46,832 nucleotides of DNA from Tubiluchus corallicola (GCA_030141605.1 JAQGDQ010001333.1:1-46832); one strand, 5' to 3'; shown: positions 1 through 11,861, counted from the stretch's first letter. Notes: generated by a model from the sequence alone, not told the origin. Numbers and translations are program-made.

Positions 1-1014
1 TTTATTCCCAACTGTCATTTAACTTAGAGCTGTAGCTACAGAAATTTAATTAAAATTAAAAATTAATTTAAAATTAAAATGTAATTAAGTATTTATTAGC
101 TGTCAGGAATCCAAAGATTCGATGAAAAGACGACTACCAAAACATATGTACCTTTAATTTAATATTTTTAACAATTACTAAACTTTTTGTTAGGAAGGCA
201 AGATGAAGGTATTGAACAAACAACAAACGTTATTTTAAATGATTCTTAACACAGTCCAAAGTCAACAACATAACATGAATACATTACAGGATGAAATTAG
301 GGGTATAGAAGAAAAGCAATGACAGGTATCACACCAAGATAAAGCAAAGAGGTAAAAAGCATAAAAAGCGATATACAGCGACACATATGAATTAATGCAC
401 TAAAAATTTGTACTAACGACGCAGAACATCACTCCAGAAGAGCTCAACCACAGACTTCAAGTCCATATTCTTTGTTTTCTCAGCCTCAACTGCAAGGATC
501 ATCAGGTCACTCAGTCGTGACTGACTCATTGTACTGCGGAGAGCATTCTTGACAAATTTAAGAGCAGAAAAGGATCTCTCACAAGAGCAAGACGTAACGG
601 GCAGAGTCAGAATCAACTGGTATGCGATGGAGATCATTGAGTAAAGTTTATCCAGTCCAGAAGTCATATAACAGTATATTGAGTGAATGCAGTTTGTGTT
701 GACATGTTCAGGAACAGAGTCTGCAGTGACAGCATGAGTGAACAAGCGGTACTCCAACTCGAGGGTTTCTTCATCGAGATCAGCCATGTAGAAAGTGCAA
801 AGAGTTTTGACTTTCTCCATCTTGACATTAGATTCAATCAATAATCATACCTATGTGTATATATAATCGCATATCATGCTACAGTGGGAGATTTCACCGT
901 TCCTCAAAATTTTACACCTTATTGGTCTCATTACAAGTCATGAAACCCTTAAAATTTTTGACATTTTGTAAACAATTGGGGGGCGCAGGCCCCATTTATA
1001 GCACGACGCCACTG
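1..1014 (-). mobile_element. Non-autonomous hAT transposon, left-arm copy (far end outside window)
   Basis: TIR gcacgacgccactg at 1001-1014 followed by tatgtaaa (reverse complement tttacata, cf. TSD tttacaca of the right copy); contains hAT C-terminal coding fragment. Confidence 0.9.
413..841 (-). pseudogene. hAT transposase C-terminal dimerisation-domain fragment
   Basis: ILTLPVTSCSCERSFSALKFVKNALRSTMSQSRLSDLMILAVE motif; no ATG start and the rest of the transposase is missing. Confidence 0.9.
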
Positions 1015-1637
1015 TATGTAAACCTATCTACGATTGCAGTACTTCTGGCATGTGTGTAAACCTATCTACGATTGCAGTGCTTCCGGCATGCGTGTAAACC
1101 TATCTACGATTGCAGTGCTTCTGGCATGCGTGTAAACCTATCTACGATTGCAGTGCTTCTGGCATGTGTGTAAACCTATCTACGATTGCAGTGCTTCTGA
1201 CATGTGGGCAAACCTATCTACGATTGCAGTGCTTCTGGCATGCATGTAAACCTATCTACGATTGCAGTGCTTCTGGCATGCGTGTAAACCTATCTACGAT
1301 TGCAGTGCTTCTGGCATGCGTGTAAACCTATCTACGATTGCAGTGCTTCTGGCATGCGTGTAAACCTATCTACGATTGCAGTGTTTCTGGCATGTGTGTA
1401 AACCTATCTACGATTGCAGTGCTACTGGCATGTGTGTAAACCTGTCTACGGTTGCAGTGCTTCTGACATGTGTATAAACCTATCTACGATTGCAGTACTT
1501 CTGGCATGTGTGTAAACCTATCTACGATTGCAGTGCTTCTGGCATGCGTGTAAACCTATCTACGATTGCAGTACTTCTGGCATGTGTGTAAACCTATCTA
1601 CGATTGCAGTACTTCTGGCATGCGTGTAAACCTATCT
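1015..1637. repeat. 38-bp minisatellite (~16 copies)
   Basis: Unit aacctatctacgattgcagtgcttctggcatgtgtgta, head-to-tail with no spacers. Confidence 0.95.
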
Positions 1638-1821
1638 CTACCACATTTTAGTCACATTCGCAGAAGATCATGTTATAACGTTCGAAATAGGCTACTACTG
1701 AACACTGGCAATAGTATTATAAATGCTATTATTAACTTACTTAGACTTGTCAAATCTTGCTTTTCTTGTGAAATGGAACGAATTAGTACATAATTAGCCT
1801 CTAAAATTTATTTAGCTCTTA

Positions 1822-2357
1822 ATATATATATATATATATATGATATGATATGATATGATATGATATATGATATGATATGATATGATATGATATGATATGA
1901 TATGATATGATATGATATGATATGATATGATATGATATATGATATGATATGATATGATATGATATGATATGATATGATATGATATGATATATGATATGAT
2001 ATGATATGATATGATATGATATGATATGATATGATATGATATGATATGATATGATATGATATGATATGATATGATATGATATGATATGATATGATATGAT
2101 ATGATATGATATGATATGATATAATATAATATAATATAATATAATATAATATAATATAATATAATATAATATAATATAATATAATATAATATAATATAAT
2201 ATAATATAATATAATATAATATAATATAATATAATATAATATAATATAATATAATATAATATAATATAATATAATATAATATAATATAATATAATATAAT
2301 ATAATATAATATAATATAATATAATATAATATAATATAATATAATATAATATATATT
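1822..2357. repeat. Compound microsatellite (AT)n-(ATATG)n-(ATATA)n
   Basis: Directly visible; mirrored at 4423-4952. Confidence 0.97.
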
Positions 2358-2470
2358 AATCTTGTAATTTTTTATTTCATTGCATTTTATTTTACTTTAG
2401 TACTGTGTTTGTATTTTATATGCCTTAGTTACCATAATAAAAATTTGAATGGAACTGAATTGAATTACAG

Positions 2471-2616
2471 CAGAACTAAACATATTTACAGTATCTAATG
2501 AGGATGCTTGTCGTACTGGACTGGCGCTTGGCCTTACTTTTTTATTCTTGGCTCTCATAGCTGCTGCTGTGATTGGGTATTTATTTTGGAAGAAAATGCT
2601 TTGCTTCGAGAAGAAG
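2471..2616 (+). CDS. Transmembrane exon (phase 1 to 0), antisense to the IgSF gene whose phase it fits
   Basis: ttacag|CA GAA CTA ... GAG AAG AAG|gtaac translates to ELNIFTVSNEDACRTG-LALGLTFLFLALIAAAVIGYLFW-KKMLCFEKK, a hydrophobic helix plus basic stop-transfer; an alternative in-phase acceptor would start the exon at 2492. Confidence 0.8.
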
Positions 2617-2661
2617 GTAACCTAACCTCTCTTCATTTTTAACATTCGTTGATGTGGAATT

Positions 2662-3571
2662 GAAGGAAGACAGGATGATTTTTCACATACTACTCCATTT
2701 TCAAGTCCGTTAAAAAGTATACATTTTTGCACCAATAATACTGCAAAAGCATTTCTGATAATTAAATAATAGATTAAAAACTTAATTAACAGCGGGCGAG
2801 CCTAACTGTTGATGACATCACAAACTAACGTAATTTTCAACAGCAAAAATATTCCACGAGCGTGTTGCACGTGTTTGCAAAAGCGAAATTGAAGTACAGT
2901 GTGATATTCAGCGTGATGTATTAAATCTAGGCAAGTTTTAATATAAAAATTCAAATTTCAAATTTACCGCTGTGCTATCAAACGTGTGTAGTTCGTCACA
3001 AACCAACACATTTGAACTGAGAGGTATAGCACGTGTTTTCTGTGTAATGCATTTCCGAAATGCCAGTCCAACCAGCAAATGACGAAATGCATGTAACAGC
3101 AAAGAACTAGTGGCGCGAACGTGAAATTCTGTTTGTGTGGTAATAATTCTTTTACCAAGACATTCTTGAAAAAAGTACGCTTCCTTTCAATATTTTAAAG
3201 AGTAGGTTGTTTTGACCTACAGTTTAAGATTGGGACCGCTTTTTGCTTTAAGTCACGAAGTTAATTTACATTCGGCAAATGTGCAAAATTAGAGGTAATT
3301 TAAAATAATTATAGATCACACTTAAAGTCTAGCTTAAAGGAAATCTGAAACCTTCTGCAAAGTTGGGCTTATTTCAGAGTTTGTGAAAAATGTCAAAAGG
3401 ATTCCTATTCAAAGGTTGCATAAATTATCTTTAAAAAGGCAGTTCTTTGCAAATTTCATTGCTATATGTTTCTAAGTTTAAGCAAGGACCTCTTTAACTT
3501 AGTTATAGAGGTACCTGGTTTAAACGATAACAGTAAAATGAACCAACATACTATGTGTCTTGTTCTTTCCT
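2662..3571. mobile_element. Kolobok-like (TTAA-flanked, AGGAA...TTCCT termini) non-autonomous element
   Basis: Begins gaaggaagacaggatg, ends cttgttctttcct|ttaa; homologous to 44462-45030. Confidence 0.6.
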
Positions 3572-3689
3572 TTAATTCTTTACTTTCGCTTTGTATTGTT
3601 AAAGAAAAACCAGAACCAATCTTGAACTGTAGGTTAAAATAATCTATTCTTTAAAATATTGAAAGGAAACAAGCTACTTTGTAAAGAAT

Positions 3690-4090
3690 GCCTTGCGTGA
3701 AAGAATTATTACCACACAAACATAATGTCACGTTCGCGCCACTAGTTGTTTGCTGTTACATGCATTTCACCATTCGCTAGTTAGACTGGCACTAGCGCCT
3801 ACATTTCGGAAACGCGTTGCACAAAAAACAGATTCTGTATCTCTTAGTTCAGATGTGTTAGTTTGTGACAAAGTAGTACAACACACTGAATATCTTACAG
3901 TGGCGCTGTACTTCAATTTTTAATTTTGCAACCAGATGCAACGCGCTCGTGGAATATTTTTGCTATTGAAACTTGTGTTCATTTGTGATATCATCAATAG
4001 TTGGGCTCGCCACCATTAATTAAGTTTTTAATCTATTATTTAATTATCAGAAATTCTTTTGCAATATTAATTGTGCTAAAATGTATAATT
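3690..4090. mobile_element. Partial inverted copy of the same MITE family (pairs with ~2715-3155)
   Basis: cgttcgcgccactagt and taagtttttaatctattatttaattatcagaaa are reverse complements of 3106-3121 and 2752-2784. Confidence 0.7.
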
Positions 4091-4098
4091 TAAAATAC

Positions 4099-4122
4099 CT
4101 TCTCTTCCTCTTCAAATGATCT
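4099..4122 (-). CDS. Candidate 24-nt microexon (RSFEEEEK, phase 0-0)
   Basis: tttatttaaag|AGATCATTTGAAGAGGAAGAGAAG|gtattt; phase matches the end of exon 4251-4344; weak AAG acceptor. Confidence 0.3.
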
Positions 4123-4250
4123 CTTTAAATAAACTTAATTACTATTATGGTAATTTGAAGTAGCAAATTTAGATTATGAAAAACTGTAGTGTATGAATTA
4201 TATATTAAGTTATTGGTTATTATTTTTGTATGAATAATAATAAACAGTAC

Positions 4251-4344
4251 TTGACTTGACTTTAGATCTTCATCATCGTAAATGTATGGTTCATAGATGT
4301 CGCCATTAGAGACACGATCCCGTTTCCCATCCTCCACGTCACCG
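4251..4344 (-). CDS. Candidate exon resembling a Tyr-containing cytoplasmic tail; out of phase with IgSF exon 7
   Basis: ttggctgcag|C GGT GAC... gives GDVEDGKRDRVSNGDIYEPYIYDDEDLKSSQ|gtactg in the phase-2 frame; spliced to exon 7 (phase 1) it reads TVTWRMGNGIVSLMATSMNHTFTMMKI* with the stop at 4262-4264. Confidence 0.5.
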
Positions 4345-4422
4345 CTGCAGCCAACATTATAAAAAACAAACACAGTACTAAAGTAAAATAAAATGCAATG
4401 AAATAAAAAATTACAAGATTAA

Positions 4423-4952
4423 TATATATTATATTAAATAATATAAATTATATTATATAATATAATATTATATTATATAATATAATATAATATAATATAA
4501 TATAATATTATATTATATTATATTATATTATATTATATTATATTATTATATTATATTATATTATATTATATTATATTATATTATATTATATTATATTATA
4601 TTATATTATATTATATTATATCATATCATATCATAATATATATCATATCATATCATATCATATCATATCATATCATATCATATCATATCATATCATATCA
4701 TATCATATCATATCATATCATATCATATCATATCATATCATATCATATCATATCATATCATATCATATCATATCATATCATATCATATCATATCATATCA
4801 TATCATATCATATCATATCATATCATATCATATCATATATCATATCATATCATATCATATCATATCATATCATATCATATCATATCATATCATATCATAT
4901 CATATCATATATCATATCATATCATATCATATCATATATATATATATATATA
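4423..4952. repeat. Compound microsatellite (TATAT)n-(CATAT)n-(AT)n
   Basis: Directly visible. Confidence 0.97.
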
Positions 4953-5758
4953 TTAAGAGCTAAATAAATTTTAGAGGCTAATTATGTAATAATTTGTTCC
5001 ATTTCACAAGAAAAGCAAGATTTGACAAGTCTAAGTAAGTTAATAATAGCATTTATAATACTATTGCCAGTGTTCAGTAGTAGCCTATTTCGAACGTTAT
5101 AACATGATCTGTTGCGAATATGACTAAAATGTGGTAGAGATAGGTTTGCACACATGCCAGAAGTACTGCAATCGTAGATAGGTTTACACACATGCCAGAA
5201 GTACTGCAATCGTAGATAGGTTTACACACATGCCAGAAGCACTGCAATCGTAGATAGGTTTACACACATGCCAGAAGTACTGCAATCGTAGATAGGTTTA
5301 CACACATGCCAGAAGTACTGCAATTGTAGATAGGTTTACACACATGTCAGAAGTACTGCAATCGTAGATAGGTTTACACACATGCCACAAGCATTGCAAT
5401 TGTAGATAGGTTTCCACACATGCCAGAAGTACTGCAATCGTAGATAGGTTTACACACATGCCAGAAGCACTGCAATCGTAGATAGGTTTACACACATGCC
5501 AGAAGTACTGCAATCGTAGATAGGTTTACACACATGACAGAAGCACTGCAATCGTAGATAGGTTTACACACATACCAGAAGCACTGCAATCGTAGATAGG
5601 TTTACACACATGCCAGAAGTACTGCAATTGTAGATAGGTTTACACACGTCAGAAGTACTGCAATCGTAGATAGGTTTACACATATGCCAGAAGCACTGCA
5701 TTCGTAGATAGGTTTCCACACATGTCAGAAGTACTGCAATCGTAAATAGGTTTACACA

Positions 5759-6936
5759 CAGTGGCGTCGTGCTATAGGGGCCCGGGGGGCCTGCGCCCCC
5801 CCCCCAATTGTTTACAAAATGTCAAAAATTTTAAGGGTTTCGGCGACTTGTAATGAGACCAATAAGGTGTAAAATTTTGAGGAACGGTGAAATCTCCCAC
5901 TGTAGCATGATATGCGATTATATATACACATAGGTATGATTATTGATTGAATCTAATGTCAAGATGGAGAAAGTCACGACTCTTTGCACCTTCTACATGG
6001 CTGATCTCGATGAAGAAACCCTCGAGTTGGAGTACCGCTTGTTCACTCATGCTGTCGCTGCAGACTCTGTTCCTGAACATGTCAACACAAACTGCATTCA
6101 CTCAGTATACTGTTATATGACTTCGTCTGGACTGGACAAACTTTACCCAATGATCTCCATCACATACCAGTTGATTCTGACTCTGCCCGTTACGTCTTGC
6201 TCTTGTGAGAGATCCTTTTCTGCTCTTAAATTTATCAAGAATGCTCTCCGCAGTACAATGAGTCAGTCACGACTGAGTGACCTGATGGTCCATGCAGTCG
6301 AGGCTGAGAAAACAAAGAATATGGACTTGAAGTCTGTGGTTGAGCTCTTCTGGAGTGATATTCTGCGTCGTTAGTACAAATTTTTAGTGCATTAATTCAT
6401 ATGTGTCGCTGTATATCGCTTTTTACGCTTTAACCTTTTTGTTTTATCTTGGTGTAAACTGTAATACCTGTCGTTGCTTTTTTACTATACCCCTAATTTC
6501 ATCCTGTAATGTATTCATGTTATGTTGTTGACTTTGACTGTGTTGCTGAATCATTTAAAAATAACGTTTGTTGTTTGTTCAATACCTTCATCTTGCCTCG
6601 GAATAAAAAGTTTAGTAATTGTTCATAGAGTTCGTTTAGTAAAATATTAAATTAAAGGTACATATGTTTTGGTAGTCCTCTTTTTACCGAATCTTTAAAT
6701 TCCTGACAGCTAATAACTACTTAATTAAATTTTAATTTTAAATTAATTTTTAATTTTACTTAAATTTCTGTAGCTATAGCTTTAAGTTAAATGCCAGTTG
6801 AGAATAAATCAATCGTTTTTCTTGCACGCAAAATACTGGTGTGGGAATTCAAAATTATGCGTTTTTTTAACAGTTAAGTTCCGCCATTATATACAGTCGG
6901 GGCCCCCTAATTTTTTTTTGGTGCACGACGCCCCTG
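5759..6936 (+). mobile_element. Complete non-autonomous hAT element (1178 bp) with 14-bp TIRs and 8-bp TSD
   Basis: TIRs cagtggcgtcgtgc / gcacgacgcccctg; TSD tttacaca at 5751-5758 and 6937-6944; internal dimerisation-domain coding fragment. Confidence 0.95.
5943..6374 (+). pseudogene. hAT transposase C-terminal dimerisation-domain fragment
   Basis: LPVTSCSCERSFSALKFIKNALRSTMSQSRL motif; differs from the left copy at several residues and by one codon indel. Confidence 0.9.
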
Positions 6937-7566
6937 TTTACACACATGCCAGAAGTACTGCAATCGTAGACAGGTTTAGACACATGCCAGAAGCACTGCA
7001 ATCGTAGATAGGTTTAGACACATGCCAGAAGCACTGCAATCGTAGATAGGTTTAGACACATGCCAGAAACACTGCAATCGTAGATAGGTTTACACACATG
7101 CCAGAAGCACTGCAATCGTAGATAGGTTTAGACACATGCCAGAAGCACTGCAATCGTAGATAGGTTTAGACACATGCCAGAAACACTGCAATCGTAGATA
7201 GGTTTACACACATGCCAGAAGCACTGCAATCGTAGATAGGTTTACACACATGCCAGAAGTACTGCAATTGTAGATAGGTTTACACACATGCCAGAAGTAC
7301 CGCAATCGTAAATAGGTTTACACACATGCAAGAAGTATTGCAATCGTAGATAGGTTTAGACACATGCCAGAAACACTGCAATTGTAGATAGGTTTATACA
7401 CATGCCAGAAACACTGCAATCATACTTTAAGCAAAACAGATTTCTGTTACCATTGTTGTATGCATTATCACACTATTACTATAACTAGTCCATAAAGACG
7501 TACAGTAAACGTTGCAGCAGTAACTCTTAAATAGCATGACTTATTCTACTAGGAGTAAAGGAAAGC

Positions 7567-7965
7567 TGTGTTAAATAGTGATTTTGATTAAATTGGTGAT
7601 TAAATTATTAAATTAATAATTCAAGATTAAATGCTTGACGATGCAAGATTAAACTATCGTCGTGGATAGAAGCCTAGTTAGGTGTGGCATCACGTGACCA
7701 GCTGATGTTCGACCGGCTGACTCAGAAGTAAAGATTGATGATGTAATCCTTATGCGCAGAAGCTCACGGCGCATTAGGTAGTTAGACGAAAGTGTTTGAG
7801 GCCAGCACCTCGGGGAGAGATTAGGAACTGACTTGAAGACGGAGGGCTGGCATAACTATCCTCTTATATTTACCGTGTTGTGTTTGATATTAATAAATGT
7901 ATAGTTTATTAAATAAAGTATTAATAGTTTACCATGCCCATCGTGGCTACCTCACACGCCACACA
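7567..7965 (+). mobile_element. Possible solo LTR
   Basis: TGTG...CACA termini, ~400 bp, two AATAAA near the 3' end; no convincing TSD. Confidence 0.25.
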
Positions 7966-8063
7966 ATAAGCAACAATAATCAGCAAGCAGCTTTAATCAT
8001 TAGAATAAGTAACCAATTGTTTCACTCTTGGCCCCTTTTTGCCTTAAACTGTTTTCTACTTAC

Positions 8064-8238
8064 TTTGTGATTTGTTCATAAGTCTTATAGCTGCAATTGC
8101 CATCTCTTCCGCTTTTGTCACTACAACAACCGTGTAGTCCTTGAAGATGTCACTATTAATCGTGTGAATATCAAACATAATAATGTAATCTGTGACCTGT
8201 GTTCCGTGTCGATAAAATCCCGACGAAATTCGTCCATT
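8064..8238 (-). CDS. IgSF receptor exon 7 (membrane-proximal domain, second half; phase 0 to 1)
   Basis: ttttctag|AAT GGA CGA...AAA TCA CAA A|gtaagt; NGRISSGFYRHGTQVTDYIIMFDIHTINSDIFKDYTVVVVTKAEEMAIAAIRLMNKSQ. Confidence 0.85.
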
Positions 8239-8440
8239 CTAGAAAAACAATTTTAATATGAATTTTAATTTAACGTTAAAGTTTATCTGCTACGCGTTAC
8301 ACTCTATAACAACCACTAGGTTCCTCTATCGTTTAATTTCGGCAGGTTATTGTTTACCTCAGTTATCATACAAGGTGTTTCAAAACTCCTCCCCATTTTC
8401 AAAAAAAAACTGTTAAAAGTTAATAGCAGTCCCCACGACA

Positions 8441-9172
8441 AGATAAGGTAAGATAAGGCAAAGTAAGGCAAAGTAAGGTTAAATAAGGTAAGATCAGGTA
8501 AGGTAAGGTAAAGTAAGGTAAGGTGAGGTGAGGTGAGGTGAGGTGAGGTGAGGTGAGGTGAGGTGAGGTGAGGTGAGATGAGATGAGATGAGATGAGATG
8601 AGATGAGATGAGATGAGATGAGATGAGATGAGATGAGATGAGATGAGATGAGATGAGATGAGATGAGATAAGATTAGATAAGATAAGGCAATGTAAGTAA
8701 GGTAAGGTAAGGTAAGGTAAGGTAAGATAAAGTAAGGTAAGGGAAGGTACGGTAAAGTAAGGGATGGTAAGTTAGGTAAGGTAGGGTAATGTAAGGTAAG
8801 GTAAGGTAAGGTAAGGTAAGGTAAGGTAAGGTAAGGTAAGGTAAGGTAAGGTAAGGTAAGGTAAGGTAAGGTAAGGTAAGGTAAGGTAAGGTAAGGTAAG
8901 GTAAGGTAAGGTAAGGTAACATAACGTAACGTAAGGTATGGTAAGGTAAGGTGAGGGAATGTACGGTAAAGTAAGGGATGGTAAGTTAGGTAAGGTAGGG
9001 TAAGGTAAGGTAGGGTAAGGTAAGGTAAGGTAATGCAAGGTAAGGAAAGATGAAGTGAGATGAGCTGAGGTGAGGTGAAGCGAAATAAGATGAGATGGGT
9101 TGGGAGGGGAGGGGAGGGGAGGGGAGGGGAGGGGACGGAGCGAGACGAGACGAGACACGATACGACACGATA
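8441..9172. repeat. Compound pentanucleotide microsatellite (AAGGT, GAGGT, GAGAT, GAGGG, GAGAC)
   Basis: Directly visible; source of the spurious LTLPY and HLISS ORFs. Confidence 0.95.
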
Positions 9173-9371
9173 AGACCATTTTACTAGTGCTGTAACCATT
9201 GCTGGTATTAGACGTACAGGCAGAATAATAAAAACTGTTGATAAGAAAGAGGAGAAATTATAAGCCGATTCCTTTCTAAAATGAAAGAACAAAAATCATA
9301 CTAGTTCTACAAACATAGAAATACATTTAAAGAAGCCTTTGGGTTTATATTTCGTGTAAAATTGAACGTAC

Positions 9372-9556
9372 TTCAGTTTGCTCCGTAGTGTTCACAGCAT
9401 CATGTTGCAGCTTTATCACTCCATCCCACAGCCAGACAACAGTTGTGATAGTTGCGCCGGAAGTGACGTAAAATGTGTAATTGTAATTTCCTCCAACTTC
9501 TCTCTCATCTGTTATGAGCGTCACAGGGTTGCCAGATTCATCAGTGATTTTTATAT
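9372..9556 (-). CDS. IgSF receptor exon 6 (phase 1 to 0)
   Basis: cttattccag|AT ATA AAA...ACT GAA|gtacgt; DIKITDESGNPVTLITDEREVGGNYNYTFYVTSGATITTVVWLWDGVIKLQHDAVNTTEQTE. Confidence 0.85.
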
Positions 9557-9752
9557 CTGGAATAAGAGCAAAAGGCAACAGTAAGTAACAGTAGTAAGTA
9601 TACTATGGGCGTATTAACCAATAGGCTAACTAGGGTATAACCTAAGGCCTATAAACACGAGGTCTCCAACAACAGAAAACGCTTTGGGAAAGCACTACTG
9701 GAGGATCAATTTTCGATAATATATTCAAAATATTAGATCCTGCAATTCTTAA

Positions 9753-10297
9753 AAGAAAACCGGACGATTGTGTTGACATTAGTTCAAAACAAAGAATGCT
9801 CTAATATGTTGAAAGCTACAATAACTTTTTTTAAATCAAAACTTATATTAAATAATAATTACCTCGGATAGTTAAATTTGCTAAACTTTCAAAGCTGCGC
9901 GCGGCTTATCGAATCCAATAAGACCGGCAATGGCGCCTTTTTGTGACATTCGTGTGGCCTACAAATAGGCGCGGTACCGTGATAAGCATGACCATGAGCT
10001 GTTGTGTCCACCTGCGACATCTGTGTGACGCAGAACTCATTTTCGGGACGTCACATCAGTGTCTGATAGAAATCTTCGATTACGTAAACGTACTTGATGC
10101 GCTGGGAAGACGCCTACTATTGCATAAACTGTGGTTAGTTTGTGACCTAAGCGATAACCGTGTTTGTTTACCGCAAATTAACTTTCCAAGGTTATTCAAA
10201 TATTAGAAACAATTACTAGCTTTTATATGCAAGAAAATGCATCTTTTAGACAGTAAATTAAAATGAGATCGAGTCAAATCAATTGTCAGGTTTTCCT
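9753..10297. mobile_element. Kolobok-like MITE flanked by TTAA
   Basis: ttaa|aagaaaaccggacgatt ... aattgtcaggttttcct|ttaa; related inverted copy at 18821-19370. Confidence 0.7.
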
Positions 10298-10645
10298 TTA
10301 AATAATCAGTTCCATAAATTCTTTACTCGTTCTCTCATTCATTGTGTAAATTCATTCAAAATTATGCGACTAGTTTAAGTTTTATCTATATGATTATGTT
10401 ACTTTTGTTGCACTGAAATTTTTAATTTTTATGTACGTTTTTCATTCTTAACTAAATGTCACATTATTTTTTTAGATTCTTGGTCGAGCATTGGTCGTCA
10501 TATTTTAAAATTCATTTTTCTTCTCCATTACTAACATGCAAAACTGGCTTCATAATTAACGAACTGTGGAAATTTTTCTCAGAAAAACGTGTCAATTTTT
10601 TAAAATATAACTATAATTTTTTAACTATCACAAACTATAAACATA

Positions 10646-11037
10646 TTTGGTTTAAACATAATTTATTGAAGATGTAACATCTGGGTTTGAAACACACAGT
10701 TTTACAACTGACATATGTTCTCCCCTAGTGGAAGCGAAACGCTAGACAGATGCAGAACAATGGTGACCACAATGTACGAAATATGTTGCAATAAATATGA
10801 ACATTACTATGTAAGAACAGTAACATAGTTAATACTATTTAAAGCGCTTGGTGTTTGAAATAAAAGACTGCACTAAAAAACAAAAATTTGAGTGTTCGCA
10901 GAATTATCTAGGGCATGGTTCCCGTGCAGGAAAAAACGTACAAGTTCTTTTGATGCAAAACTGTAAACATTGATGTTAAAAGCTGAGAAAAGAGGGCAGA
11001 GATTTTTAAATAAGTCATGTCTGGCCTGATGGTAAAG
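10646..11037. repeat. ~390-bp dispersed direct repeat (second copy 23684-24066)
   Basis: Shared tttggtttaaacataa...cccctagtggaagcgaaacgctagacagatgcagaac...gtctggcctgatggtaaa. Confidence 0.9.
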
Positions 11038-11861
11038 AGGGCAGCTAATTAAGTAATCACAGGCTGTTTCATAAGCAGAACCACATTGACAACTAGGTGT
11101 TACTAGCGACCCACCGTAATTTTTACATTTTCTGAAGTATAAATCATAATTAAGTTGACAAAAACCAACTCTAATTCTAATATGGTGTACAGATGAATTT
11201 CGAGTACCACTTGAAAAGTAAGTACGCCGCTTATTAAAACATGTGATTCTTTGGTCGAGATTTAAAAATGTTTAAAGAGTTAGAGTTACGGATATCAGGA
11301 AGTAAATTATTCCAGCACCTAACTGAGGCAAGAAAAAAAGAATTAGCTGTTGAGTGGTAAGTGTAATTAGAAACATATTTACAAGAAGAGAATTAATTTG
11401 TAGATGAGTAATTCAAAAAACATTATTATTAAGAATGGAGAACTGCACTACCATAAAGCTGCTCTGCACATTTCTGTGCTTCACACAAATTTTAAATCAC
11501 AGTAATTGATTCTGATTGGTCAGCTTGCGCACTGCTCATAAAATTACTAATGGTTACAGACTTGACTGACTTTTTTTGTTGAGTTACCAATCATTAAATC
11601 ACATTTATATTCTAAGTTCCACACATTCTTCCAAAACTCGGGGGACCCATGTAAACATGAATTAAAATAAACTTAATTAAAATATTTTTTGACGTAGTAC
11701 ACAAGGAAACAATTTTTGATAAATGTAGAGAGGCCTGAAAGAAACAACGGTTCTATAAGTAGCAGTTTTTGTATCTAGGAATATCCGGATGTACCTTTAA
11801 TTAAATAAGTAATGAAAGAGAGTTAATGAAGTATTAAATAGAAATAATTTAAATCACTTGC

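Larger units (their letters stand above)
1..2412. repeat. Left arm of large inverted duplication (truncated by window start; pairs with 4366-6808)
   Basis: Reverse complement matches 4366-6808 block by block (hAT fragment, 38-bp minisatellite, unique segment, pentamer microsatellites), with scattered substitutions, small indels and different repeat copy numbers. Confidence 0.95.
4366..6808. repeat. Right arm of large inverted duplication (pairs with 1-2412)
   Basis: acaaacacagtactaaagtaaaa at 4366 is the reverse complement of 2390-2412; cagttgagaataaa ending at 6808 mirrors window positions 1-14. Confidence 0.95.
5138..7422. repeat. 38-bp minisatellite (reverse orientation) interrupted by a hAT insertion at 5759-6936
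   Basis: Unit tacacacatgccagaagcactgcaatcgtagataggtt at 5138-5758 and 6937-7422. Confidence 0.95.

Noticed and set aside
413-6374. Functional or domesticated hAT transposase genes
   Set aside because: Only the C-terminal ~140 aa are present, without ATG, inside a 1.2-kb deletion derivative
1015-7422. 38-bp repeats as a CRISPR array
   Set aside because: Units are contiguous with no unique spacers, there are no cas genes and the context is eukaryotic
8420-9292. 290-aa LTLPY-repeat protein and overlapping ORFs
   Set aside because: Translation of a stop-free pentanucleotide microsatellite
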